Assembly: GCA_028534125.1 (NCBI GenBank)
Contig: CM052816.1
Span: 43,340,001-43,404,000, forward strand
Reading direction: 5' to 3'
DNA length: 64,000 nt
Source: Lama glama
Taxonomy: Eukaryota
The translations under genes and the position numbers were made by a program. The notes beneath the pieces were generated by a model. That model saw only the letters and a list, made by a program, of their open reading frames with translations. It did no database searches and was not told the origin of the DNA. The first letter of the stretch is position 1, and each line of letters begins with the position of its first letter. Positions 26,344-39,233 of this stretch are shown piece after piece.

Positions 26344-28200
26344 CGCGCGCGCGCTCTTGTAGATGGCCCCGAATCGCAGAGCCAGAGCACAGCAGCCTCA
26401 GCACGTGGCCGTATTTCTGTGGGGGCCAGAGCCTTGGGGCCGGGCGTTCGGGGACTCACCCGCGCGCGTCTGGGTCCCGCCGCGTGTCCCAGCCGCCCCT
26501 GCTCACCACCCACCCGGACTTCTGCCCGCCACTCTCTCTCTCTGCTCAGCGCCTTCCCTTTCCCTCACCTGATTTCCCTTGCTCAGTTCTACTTTAGTCT
26601 CCAGAGAGCCAGAGGAATGTATTACACTACGCAAGTCCCCAGCTTAGGTTCACATGAACATGACAATGAAAAAAAAAAATCAGATCGCGTTTTCTGTTTG
26701 CAAAGGGGAACCCCCTCCAGGTGCGGGCGGTGGTGTCCCTAGCTGGTTTTGCGAGTACACTGTTTACACTTAGGAGAAGGATAACCTTGAAGCTTCAGGT
26801 TTGAGCTCCCTCTGGAAGCGGAAGGAGAAATGACTCCAATCACCGTCCATATTTTATTGTATTGAGAGATCGCAGGTGTTTCGGTTGCTGTTATTGTCTG
26901 CTTTCCTCCCTGAGTCCACATAACGGGGATGAAAGGGTCCCGAGAAACTTAATTTCCCCAAACCCTCTCGAGCAGAAGGCGTGCACTGTCACAGGACGAA
27001 GCTTTGGGGTAGAAGAAGGAAAGCGATTCAGTGTCCCAACTCGCAGAGTGTGCCTGTCTCGGCGTGGTTCTGTCGTTCCACCGTCACTGTCTAATCTCAT
27101 CGACTGTGATGTCTGAGAATTCAAGACTCACAGTCGCTTAGCCGTCGAGCCTCCCAGCCCGCCACCCCGACCCTCTGCAGCCCCAGCCAGGGAGTACTCC
27201 AAGGCTATGGTCTGGTCTTCGGGAGCCTGAGCCACGGACAGGGTCCCAGGTCCATGCCCTGGTCGGCGACTCTCGCTTAGGAGCTCCCTGCCGCGGATGA
27301 AGTGCATGTAGCCTTCGGGTTTGTCGCCTTCGGGCTGCCGGGGTCCTGAGGTGACGGTGGCGGCCACTTGTCCGCCGACGCCCTCTGATCAGCATGGCCC
27401 TCTGCGCTGCGGGCCCCGAGGGCGGCCAGAAGGCACCTGCCCGAAGTGCGCGCCGTCCGCACGGCAATCAAGGGCCCTCACTCCCGTGTCTCCTCACATT
27501 CCTCACCCCACCAGGGCGCTCGCTTGCGAACGAATTCTGCACTCTGCGCACCAGTTTTCCCCACTGGGGCGCCGGGGCCCCTCCCACTCCTTCCCTCGAG
27601 GCCCAGGAACACACGCCCTAAGCGGGGCCCCAGGGAAGCAGCGCCCGGAAGCGAGGCTCACATCCGGGCACCAAGCCTCGCGCGCGGGGTTGGCGTCCAA
27701 ACGCTCGACGCAAGCGTGGCGCCCCGTGCCGGCGGAGGGGCCCGGGCCCAGGGTGGGCGCTTGGGGCCCTCCGCTGACCACTAGGGCTGCGCCTTCGCTG
27801 GCCCTGAAGGCCCTCACCCCGCGAGCCGCCGGAATGTCAAGGTCCCGGGCCTGCGCGGGGGAAGATTCAAGAAAGAAGCCGGGCCCGACCGGGGGGCGGC
27901 GCGCGCTCCTCGAACCCAGGCCCGCGGTCGGCATTGCAGATTTGAGTCCCCTCGAGTCGGCGCTGGAAAAGCTCTTTGGAACGGGCTGGGAGGCAGTGAG
28001 GCGGCCTCCGCCCAACTTTGTAAGGTTCAGAGACCCGCCGTCGAGCGAGACTGCTTTTGCACGACTGACCCATTACACTTCTCTCCTTTCTCTGGCCGGA
28101 GCGCTCGGAGCCTTGCGGTCTCCTCCGGGGCCGCCCACTAGTTTGCCCTGTCTTGGGCAGCTAGTCCTCTTCGCGTGTTGGGTGGAGAGGGGGTAGGGGG
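25500..28200. other. Distal orphan CpG island about 10-12 kb upstream of the NR2F1 promoter
   Basis: Dense CG, no credible coding ORF. Confidence 0.8.
26287..26354. repeat. (GT)28 followed by (CG)5 microsatellite
   Basis: Read directly. Confidence 0.97.
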
Positions 28201-31200
28201 AAGGCCTCGGGCAAGGCTGGGAAACCTCAAACCCGATTTTCTAGTTGAAGGAGGAGCTTGATTTTAAGAAGTTGGAGAGTCAGTGGGGGTTAACTTTGTG
28301 GCCTTTGGCATCTTTGAAAACATCCGTCTACAAGGCGGGAACAGCGCAGAGAAACTGCTGTGTAGTTCATAAATTTATTTTTGGAAGTCCGTTTCTGGAG
28401 AGTTTTCCCAGAGATTGTTTTATTATCTCTCAATTTAGAGGGTTGCTATGTATCGCATCACTAGTGCACTGAATAGTATCTTCCTTCAGACAGGGATTGA
28501 GAAACGGAAATACCACCACCCTCCAGTCAAACTTGTGAGGACTGATTGCGGGGGAACTGGTGCTCCAGATGTTGAACTAGAGGCGCTGCAAGTGTGAGCA
28601 GGTAATGTGGAGAAGAATGACATTGTTAACAGAAAGCATCTAATTAACAATGACTTCATTTGATTGGAAGGATGAAAAAGCCTTTTTAAATCAATCCAGA
28701 TTCACTGACCTAAACTCAGCCAATTTATGAATATGGAGCCTGACTGGGGTCTGCTTTCTTTCAAAGATGTCATCTTAGGGGTAATAGCATAGGTGAAGTC
28801 ATTTGGTTACACTGTGGAAACTTTTATAGTGCCTTCCTTGGGAATTTAATTCAGTGCTTCTTCATTTTATTAGGAACAGACTGACTCCATCAACTGTGCT
28901 CTCCCTGTTTAGAAGCAGGACTGCTTGAAGCAATTAGGTTCACCAATTAGCATAGTTTTACTGACCCCAGCAGCAGCACCACTCCTTAGATTATCCATTT
29001 CTTCAAAGTCAGGGAAAAGCTGGAGCAAAACATGCTTCCCAGGTGTCCAGGTTGGAGAAATAAGCCCACAAGCAGGGTAGCACAGCAGTGTAGAACACTT
29101 TCTAACACTCCTCAAGTGTTTGTTTCAGCAGTTTGGGTGGATTTTTCTCTCCTTCTGATTCTGGATCCTATAATACCTCCATCTTTTGATATAGCCTTTA
29201 AAACCTCTCTCCTTTAATTGTATTTTGGTAGAATTGTCTTTGAGAATGTGAATTTTCTCCCTTCTTTTCTGTCTGCCTGCATTCTAATGATGCTGTGGAC
29301 AATGTTAGGGTCCAGAGAGAGGAGATTGCTGAAGGGCTCCTTTAAACCCTGATAGGTGACAAGGTAAGGGCTTAGATCTTTGTGTGTGTTTGTGTGTGTG
29401 TGCATGCATGTGCACACATGCCTCAAAACCTATGAGGAGAGGCAGAGGGTGGATATTGGAGATAAGTCATTATTTCCCCTAGTATTAAAGGTTTACCTGC
29501 AAGGCTTTCTTGCAGTCTCTTCATTGTGAGACCAGTTGGTGGCCAACATTTTTAATACATGTGTGGAGCCCAAAGCATTCTGGGAAAGAAGGGGCTTTGC
29601 TTTTGCCACCATCATGGGTAGTGGAAGTATTACCTTTACAGAGCTATTATCTCTCTCTCTCTGTGTCTCTCTCTCCCCCTCTCCTCTAAAATATAAATTC
29701 CTCTGTTAGATTTCACTAGATTAAATTGCTGACAGTTCATCAGTAGCAGCAACAATGTAATGCCCCTAACCTTATTAAATCAATAAATACTAGATCTATG
29801 CATTGAATTAAAAATGCATCAGCATGGCCAGGAATTGCAGTCTTATGGCCATGGACCTCAGAATCGAAAATGCCACTCAAAAATTGACTAGTTAGCATTC
29901 ATTTAACCTTTTTCTTTCTGTTTTGGATCTGTGGTTAGATATTCTAGGGTTTTAACATTTCAGGGACCAATGGGACAGGTTTGTTTTTGTTTATTTCTTG
30001 AAAATTCTTTTCTTTCACTAATTCCTCACATTTAACCATGAAAAAGGTGCATGCATTTAACAATAGTAATACTGTATGACATTATAGTTCTTGTCATTAG
30101 TTTTCATCTAGGGAATATACTTTCACTCAGAATACATTACTCTAGAAAGACATACTCCGGTGCATAAATTTCTACATAAGCACAAGTAAATTTAGAGGCA
30201 TATGTCTTTCTACATGTATAAATAAATATACTTAGTGTAAATGTATTGCTGTACATTGATTATAAGTTTACTTTTAAAAAGAAAGCACATTTAAGTTTAT
30301 CTTTCAGCATTGTCAGCTATATTTTCAGCCAAAGAACTATTTATGATTTTAAAACAAGTTATTTATTTATAATCTGATTGGCTTGTTGAAATTCATGCCA
30401 CAAGAGATGAAATTAGTTTTCAAGTTTTTAAACTGAACATAGTACTTAGGAAGTTATACATATCTTACATGGTTACATTTCATGTGTGAAAAACTACCTC
30501 AAGTGTGGTTTACCATGAATTGGTCAGTTAAGTTGTAGATTAGTAGGTGAACTTACAATTAGTCCCAACTGAAAACAGAGAATGTTTTTAACACCTAGAA
30601 ATTTAATGGAAAAAGTAATATTACTCTAGCAAGATATTTGTTCATACTGATTAATGATGCTAATTATTTTAGAACATTCATCCCTTATTGATGTCAGCCA
30701 ATATACATGGTACTGAATTCCAAAGATATAGTCATTGGGCCTTGGGTTCACCACACTGTGAAAGAAAAAATCTTTATTTGATGAAATAGGCAATCAACTG
30801 AAATCTATCCTCTTTAAATAAACTGATTCCTTGTATTTTCCCAGTGTTGGTGTAAGTTGTTGTCTGTGATGTCCCCCAGGGCTCTTTCTTCTGCTCTCTG
30901 ATTTGGTGTATAAAAGCAGCTCTGAATGATGGATTACTGTGTCATTGCAGCCTGCGAAGGATTAATTTGTTTCATTGATTTCTCTTTAGGCAGATTGCCA
31001 GAATTTGCTGCTTCCCACCTTTCCTCAAGACTTCTAGAAGTAATAGACAGTAATAGCCTAAGACAAATCAGCTCCTTGAAAACAGAATCATGAAACTAGG
31101 AGTCCTATGAAAGCTGGGGCAAACTTTTTATTCACATATTGGGAGAGCAGTTTAATAGGCTACTTCATATGCTTTAGACATTTTTAATTGAAAAATTTCC

Positions 31201-31499
31201 TTGATTTCATGACTTAAAACTCGTCATATTAGTAGCTCTTAAGTGGGCATTTATAATATTTGTCCAATAAAAATTTTCTCTAATTTTTAAGAATCCTGCT
31301 TAAGAAAAAAATGTGTTGTCTTTGTGACTGACAAATTACTTTTCTTTCTATGGCAGATTTTAGGGTCAAATAGCATGTTAGTGTAACTAAGTCCTTTACT
31401 TATAAATATTTATAAGAGTATTTGACCCAAAGAATTTTTAGAAACTTTGGACAAGGACAGAGTATTAGAGCATGGATATAGAATTAACTGTTTAAATAA

Positions 31500-32010
31500 A
31501 AAATATCCTTTTCTGATTAAAAAAGTAATATCTGCTCATAATAGAGGATTTGCAAAAGTTAGAATTGACATTTTGTGAGTTTTTTTCTAAGACTTTTTTC
31601 GTCTAAACACTTCAGATTTATAAATACGTTATAATTGTATATATATTTAAACAAACAAACACACTGCAGGTATAAACTGTGTCCTGCTTTTTTTCCAGTC
31701 AGCATTACACAATGAAAACTTTCCTATATAATTAAAATTATTATTAAAGTGATTTATATCACTGTGTATTGTTTTGACATAAGCAACAATTTAATCATTG
31801 TTCTACTATTGGAAAGTTAGAGTTCTAATTTTACCTTATTAGAAATAAAGTTATGATGAATAGCATTTAAAATAAATCTTTTATCATCCCTCAGGTTGTT
31901 TCTTTGCAATATATTATTAGAAAAGAAACTACTTGGACTGAGGGTATAGACTGTTTTTTAAGATTCTTGGTGTGACTGCTTTTCAGAAAGGTTCTTTTAG
32001 TTTATACTAG
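31500..32010 (-). mobile_element. Old degenerate L1 (L1ME-like) 3' fragment
   Basis: Resembles the reverse-strand L1ME 3' region (...actacttggactgagggtatag...cttttcagaaaggtt...tttatact); heavily diverged. Confidence 0.45.
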
Positions 32011-32837
32011 TACTGTTTAAAATTTTTGTCTCTGTAGAGGCAGCATTCTAATTCATGTTACATGAGCAAAGAAAGCAGAACAACACTCTTTTCTTGTGTT
32101 CTGAAAGCAGTGGTAGCATTTTGCATATACTTAATCTCTTAGAAAAATTTTCCCAACTGCAGATGTGAAATAGGCTGGTTATACAAATCTATTTGTTTCC
32201 CTTCTGTACTGCTGAAAATTATATTGATTTAATGATCTCAAGTTATACTTTTTATGCAATTAGTTGTGTAGTAAAAACTAATATTGTCATGTGCTAATGT
32301 CTTTTTTTCCTCTGTTGTGCTATGGTGGTAGTCCATGCAGTATCAGCAAGTTTATGCTTTTCCTGTGCTTTGCTGAAAGGGAAAAGGAACATCTGTTTCC
32401 ATTATATATCTGCATCATAATGATAACAATTAAATAGCTATTATGGTAGTATACAGTAAATATATTTTGCTGAATGACCTATACTTTCTTGTTGGAAAAT
32501 TACAGAGGTTTCAGAGGCACCAAGTTTTTACAGGTAGATTCCATGCAGAGGTTTAGAAAGGCCTTTGCTTACTTTTGGTAAATCATTGCAGTTCCTATTT
32601 GTCTTAGGGAAAACTAGTAAACAATGAACCCTGATGATTAAACACTAGGCTCTCAGATGAGACTTTTGAATATATTTCTCTTAGGCTTATGTTTAGAGAG
32701 CAAATTGTTAGGTATTTCTCTCAGTATTCTTAAATGGATTAATCATGCTGCTAATAATACAGTTCATTTTTGTTTTGTGTCATTTGTGTATTTTTAATAT
32801 TTTACTAAGCTGGAAGTTGAGAAGAATTATATATATG

Positions 32838-32868
<31 letters not shown>

Positions 32869-33260
32869 ACATATATGTATTTGTAGCCTCTACTACTCTT
32901 TCTTTTCTTATATTAGGAGACATAGTGATATTTACCTTTAAGCTCAGCAGGAGAATGTTTGAAACCATACACTATTTCCATTGACCTTTAAAATTCCAGA
33001 GAAATATTTTCATTTATTTCACTCAGCTTTTGGTTAAAGATGTCTTGGTGGTTACTTAAAAAATGATTAGAAAATATTTCAGACAGAAAATGGTATATAA
33101 AGAGAAACAGACATCCAAATACTCCAAACTCAATTTGAGAAATAAAATGTTACAAGAACAATCAAAACTCTTTCTGATTGTATTCAGTTATGGCTTCTTG
33201 GGGAGTTATTTATCATCCTAAATTTGATAGTTATCAATCATTTTGCCTTTTATATACTTT

Positions 33261-33850
33261 AAAAAATATATTTTTTATTGAAGTATAGTCAGTTTACAAT
33301 GTTTCAATTTCTGGTATACAGAACAATACTTCAGTCGTGTAGGAACATACATATATTCGTTTTCATACTCTTTTTCGCCATAAGTTACTACAATGATATT
33401 TTATATAGTTCCCTGTGTTCTACAGTATAAACTTGTTGTTTATCTATTTTATATATATTAGTTAGTATCTGCAAATTCTGAGCTCCCAATTTATCCCTTT
33501 CCACCCCCTTCCCCCCATGCTAACCCTAAGTTTGTTTTCTATGTCTGTGAGTCTGTTTCTGTTTTGTAGTTAAGTTTGTCTCCCTCTCTCTTTTTTTTTT
33601 TAAGATTCTACATATAAATAATATCATGTGGTATTTTTCTTTCTCTTTCTGGCTTACTTCACTTAGAATGACATTCTTCAGGTCTATCCATGTTGCTGCA
33701 AATGGCATTAATTTGTTATTTTCTATGGCTGAGTAGTATTCCGTTTTATAAATATACCACAGCTTTTTAAATCCAGTCGTCTGTCAGTGGACATTTAGGT
33801 TGTTTCCATGTCTTGGCTATTGTAAGTAGTGCTGCTATGAACATTGGGGG
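33261..33850 (-). mobile_element. Young 5'-truncated L1 (ORF2 C-terminus plus 3' UTR) with 14-bp TSD
   Basis: ORF MPFAATWIDLKNVILSEVSQKEKEKYHMI is the L1 ORF2 end. TSD cttttatatacttt (33247-33260) / cttttacatacttt (33851-33864). Confidence 0.92.
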
Positions 33851-34099
33851 CTTTTACATACTTTTTAAAACATGGTCCATAAATTTGACATAAGTGACTT
33901 GTCATTTTAAATAATTTTTAAAATGCTGGAGCTGTGACAACTGTTAGAACCTTTTTAATCTAGTCACCTGTGACTAGGTGTACTTCTCTGCTTTACTGTT
34001 CTCATCTGTGAAGTTGGGAATAGGTCTTTCTATTCTCTGATACCTTTTCTAGCCATAATTTTTAAAAGGTTTTGGATTACCTCTTGTTTTCCATGACAA

Positions 34100-34220
34100 A
34101 ATAAAATAGTCAGAGGCCCAGAGAGGTTAAGTAACTTGCCCAAGACCATGCAGGTAAATCGCAGAACTGGGAATGACACTCAATACTCCCGACTTCCATT
34201 CAAGCACTCTTTTCCTCAGT
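34100..34220 (-). mobile_element. MIR SINE fragment
   Basis: gaggcccagagaggttaagtaacttgcccaag is the MIR core, reversed. Confidence 0.8.
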
Positions 34221-36261
34221 CAACGCTGTGTCATCTTTGGGTACTGGCTGGCTGCTGCTCTAGCCTGTGATTAACGACTGTCCAAAGGCATGTATGATTT
34301 TGTGATTGTGCATGTGAGAAAGTTCTCTTTCTCATAATATCTTTTCTGTAGGGAATAGCATTGAAGCCATAGCAGCCTGAAAACTACTTACAGAATGAGA
34401 AGACTATGTGTCCTGCAGAGCCTGTGATTCCCTTCTATATTTTCTGGACTTTCTTAGACAAAATGACAGTTTGGATATAATGAGGCTTGCAGTAGGCTTC
34501 TTACCCTACAGTTAATTTTTTGATCTTTTCATGATAACTGGACCAGGAAAACAGGGAGGGGCACAAACACAAGTGTCTCATTACATGTATGTTTATCTAA
34601 ACTTCAGTATATTTTGATAGTCAGGATTTTAACAAATTACTTTTTTCTTTTTTATGTAGCTTATGCTATGGTCAAATCACAAATGAGTTTCTTTTTGAAA
34701 ATAGGTTTGTTTCTTGTTTCTATTTAGCAGCCAACTTACCAGAGCACTAAAGTGAAAGTAACACAAATAGAATAGCGTGGAAACATGTTTTTAAAATCTC
34801 TTTGGAGAAAAACCCCCATTCTAAAAATGGCAAATTAGAATTACATGCATGTTCATTCTCTTTCAGGTTTTTACTCTATCAAATTTATTTCATTCTTAGT
34901 TAAGATGAGTAAGCTTGAGTCATAATATTCACACAGACAGTACCATGCCTCTCCTATAAAAAAATAGCAGTGTAACTAGAAGTGGAATTATGTGTCCTAC
35001 TATAAAACCGCCTTTCTCCAAATCTGTTGCTTCAAGACCAAAAAGTTGGTTTCATAAATTGTTTGCTTCCTTCAGTAAATACATACTTGGAAACTTGTAA
35101 TAATAGTAATCATTCTTTTTAGGGCAGATGAAGCTACTAATAGTAGCTTTCTCAACGTGTAAATATTCTCAAGATAGTTGTGTTTTAACAGTAAACCAGA
35201 TAACACATTTTTCTCTGAGGATTTTAAGGTCAATTAGCTTATGTGTTCAGCAGTTCCTAGTAGGAGAATTTTCCCTGTCATATGAGGTTGGGGAGGAGAG
35301 ACCCAATGTAATCAGATAGCAGCATTCAGTACCCCTTTTATTTAGCCATTGCTTTATTTGCTCACACTCACTGAATATGATTTCATTCATTTCTGTCTGG
35401 AGAGAAAGCTATGCGTGTGTATATGTGTGAAGTATTTCAAAAGACAGTTCTTGTCTTGTAGAAAGTTCTGGTGAGCATCTATAGTGTGTAATATAATGAG
35501 TTTTCTACACTGGTTACATTTCCCCATATTGCTCCAACAGGTAGGTAAAACCCAAGAGAAAAGGTATAGGTAAAGGAAACCAGCCCCTGACTAACTTGTT
35601 TTCTCCCTGACCACAATATGAATCTGGACAATGGTGGTGAGTAAAGGGAACTTTGACCAACAGTGCTAAAATCAGGGATCCCAGTGAGACACAAGAATCC
35701 ACACGTTACCTCACTTTCTTAGTTATGATAGCTTTTTGCAAAAAGGTGGTGTGTTATTTTCAGAAACAACAACCAAATGTAAAAAGATAATTTTCTTTTG
35801 GCCACATATACTACCAAGATTATAGGTCCTTCAGTGTATACACTGTTTCTACTCAGTTATTAATGACTTCACTTTAGACTGAGTTGAGATTATTTTAAAA
35901 CCTGCATTAGCTATGTATTTTCTATTGACACAGCCAATGTACACTTTCCACCTGTGACCTTAGAATTTGTTTATGGGTTAAAAAGGATAGAATTTTCTTC
36001 TACTAATGTTAGCTTTACATGTTGTAAAATTTTGTTCATGTATCTTGGAATTCCCAGCTTTTTAGGATTTTCCTATTATTTGATTCTTAGGAGAATTATG
36101 TTACTGGTGTGCTTATTCTTCTTAAGGTATAATTAAAACTTATTTATTGAGTTCTTGTCATGCTTAAGGCATGTGAAGTAGATAAAAGCATAGTCCTTAG
36201 AATTCAATTCAAGAATTCAAATTCTTAGAATTATAATTTGAGCCCAACCAAAGTGATATTA

Positions 36262-36876
36262 TTCTTTTTTATTATATGTTTCAAGTGTATGGCACTGTAA
36301 TTTACATCTGTATACACTACACAGTGATCGCCACCACAAGTCTAGTTACCATCCATCACCGTGCACTTGACCCTCTTCATCCATTTCATGTCCCCAACTC
36401 CCTTTCTCTGTGGTAACCACTAATCTGATCTCTGTATTTATGCGTTTGTTTTTGTTTCATATTGTTTTTTCATTTGTTTTTTAGATTCCACTGTGAGTGA
36501 AATCATATGATATTTGCCTTTCTACATCTGACTTATTTCACTTAGCATAATACCTTCAAGTTCCATCCATGTTGCAAATGGCAGGATTTTATTCTTTTTT
36601 GTGGCTGCATAATTTTCCATTGTGGCTTACTATTTCTGTACACACACACGCACGCGCACACACACACACACATTTTTTTAATCCATTCATACATCAGTGG
36701 GTTCTTGGGTTGCTTCCATATCTTGGCTGTTGTAAATAATGCTGCAATGAACATGAGCATCCATACGTATTTTTGAATTAGTGTTTTTGTGTTCTTCGGA
36801 TAAATATCCAGAAGTGGAATAGCTGGGTCATACGTTAGTTCTATTCTTATTTTTTTGAGGGATCTCCATACTGTTT
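36262..36876 (-). mobile_element. L1 3' end
   Basis: ORF MFIAALFTTAKIWKQPK..EWIKKM is the L1 ORF2 C-terminus, followed by L1 3' UTR. Confidence 0.9.
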
Positions 36877-38204
36877 TAATATTTTGTTGTTCTTAATATA
36901 GTATCTTGAATAAATAGATAATGGCGTTTGCTAACTTTAAAGCAGTTTTTTAAAAATGTAAGATCTAAGAATTTTTCTTCATACTGTATTTTGTTTAAGT
37001 ATGCCGATTTAATGATCTTTCTGTAAATAGAAAATAATAACATAACAGTGTTTTCTGAAAAGTGACCTTTATTTTCCACACTTGGCAAGAAGTAGATTCA
37101 TTAAAAAAAAAAACTCAAAGTCTATGTGAGTTAAAGTTAGGAAGTACACTAAGTATGAAGGCAAAACATGTTTTCATAAATGTTTAGATAAATACCTATG
37201 TTTGGTCTTGACCCCACATTACCTTTGATGCTAATAATACTGGATTTATTATAGCATTGAACTTATTTTTATAGTTCACCAAAGTTTATTAAAAGTGCTA
37301 AGAATAATTTACTATTTGGCTTTCTCACAAGGAGAAATGGGTTGTTGATACATTTTCTGACAAATTTCACCAATATAGATGGCTGTTTTAGATTAAAAGG
37401 TTGACAAAAAATACCACCATTCTCTCCCTAATAAATGCAATCTTTTTGGACTTAATTATGTAGTTTCTTCTGCTTCTTTAGCTGTAGTTGTAGATATAAG
37501 TTTTTATAAGTATTGCAAGGAGCAGTGAAGGTATAATTTGTGTCTTGCATAGAGTGCTTGCATGATATAACAAGGTCCTTTTCAATTTTGGTGATCAGTT
37601 GGGTTTTGCATTATTTACCTATTTCTCAATATGAATATACAAATTCCAAAATAAGTCCCTTTTCAGTTGGTTACCTTTTTGGCATGTGTATTTTATATTT
37701 AAAAGATTTATATTTAAAAAGAAGGAAAAATCACATGAGTAATGCCTGGTAGAAGGTTACAGTGGATTATGTCATACTGTTAGAATTAACCTGATGTCAG
37801 TATAAGTTGTGAAGGTAGTTTGTTCGTTTGTTTGCTTTGTTTTTTGGACTGGCTAGAACTTAGTGACCTAAGGGAATAAAGGAGTGGTACTGTACAGCTT
37901 TGAAAGCTGCATACCAACTGATCTCTGTGACAGCCAAAAGTCACCAAGATCCTGTTTGTTACCAGTTCTAATGTTAATACATTTAAATGTGTTTTGAGTT
38001 TTGACAAAGTTTTAAAATTCTAAAAGTCCTACATTTTATAGTGAGACACTAGCGAAAGGCAGTATTTTTATGCATAGTACATATGATTAAGACTTTTGTT
38101 CTTACATAAACTTGCCTAATTATTTGTCTTACCCTAGAGAAGTGTAAAAAACCTTCATATGTGCATTTTTCTTATTATATAAATAGTAAAGCCCTATTGT
38201 CATC

Positions 38205-38355
38205 ACTAGATGCTAAACACATTTCATATATTATTCTCATTTTACTGATGAAGAATTTGAGGCTCAAACATGGTTAAGTGTTTGCTTAAGTCACATAGCT
38301 TATGAGTAATAGAGCAAGAATTTAATTGAAGTCTGTGTCATTCCAGAGTCCATTC
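38205..38355 (-). mobile_element. MIR SINE fragment
   Basis: cattttactgatgaagaatttgaggctc...ggttaagtgtttgcttaagtcacatagct. Confidence 0.75.
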
Positions 38356-38781
38356 CTGACCTATGCTCATTTCATTGCTCTTTATCAAGTAACTCATTAT
38401 ACTACCTTTGATTTTACTTATGGGTCAAATTGTATCCTCACAGGTACATAAAAATACATAGAGCAACTCTCTTACAAAACAAAGGGTAATCTATATAATC
38501 TCATGTTATTCTTATGTCATGATATCTATAGAATGATAACACTCTCCAGTGTTTGATTATGTGATGCTATAGGTATAAATGGTACTTATATAAGATGTAG
38601 AATGAGTCAGATCCCCTTAGAGTTTTTCAGCACTAGGTTGGCTTAGCTATTAAATAGAATTTTTGCTACAAAATTTAAAAATGAATAGCAAGAAATTTCA
38701 TTATTTCTGACTTACAATCTTTCTTCTGAATGTTTTCATCTTCAGTGACTTTCAGGAAAAGCAATCATCATTTCCCTTGGT

Positions 38782-39233
38782 GGGTGTATGGTCTCGCTGT
38801 AACAGAGCACCCCAGGCAGGACAGCTTGAGCAGCAGCCATTTACTGTCTCTCAGCTCTGCAGGCTGGACGTCCGAGCGTAAGGTGCCGGCAGGGTTGGTT
38901 CCCCCTGAGGGCTGTGAGGGAAAGGGTCTGTCCCAAGCCTCACGTGGCTTGTGCTGGTGTCTGACAGTCTTTGGTGTTCTTTGGCTTGTAGAAGCATCAC
39001 CCTGATCCTTCCTTCTGTCTTCATGTAGTGTCCTCCCCATGTCTGTTTCTGTCTCTGGGTCCACATTTCCTCTGTTTAAAAGGACGTCAGTCATACTGGA
39101 TTAGAGCCCACCCTAGTGGCCTTATTTTAACTTAATTATCTGCAAACCCCCTATTTCCAAATAAGGTCACATTCACGGGTACTGAGAGTTAGGACTTCAA
39201 CAACTTTTAGGGGGACACAATTCAACTCATAAT
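38782..39233 (-). mobile_element. MaLR solo LTR (MLT1B/C-like)
   Basis: Reverse complement begins TTATGAGTTGAATTGTGTCCCCC...GAAGTCCTAAC...GTGACCTTATTTGGAAATAGG, typical of MLT1. Confidence 0.88.

Noticed and set aside
27224..27245. Possible REST/RE1 site (CCACGGACAG)
   Set aside because: Only the right half matches; the TTCAGCA half is missing.
27321..28196. 291-aa + strand ORF in the distal CpG island
   Set aside because: Non-ATG start, biased composition, no recognisable homology.
33960..33977. 8-bp inverted repeat CTAGTCAC-CT-GTGACTAG
   Set aside because: Lies in a degenerate MIR-like fragment; plausible by chance.
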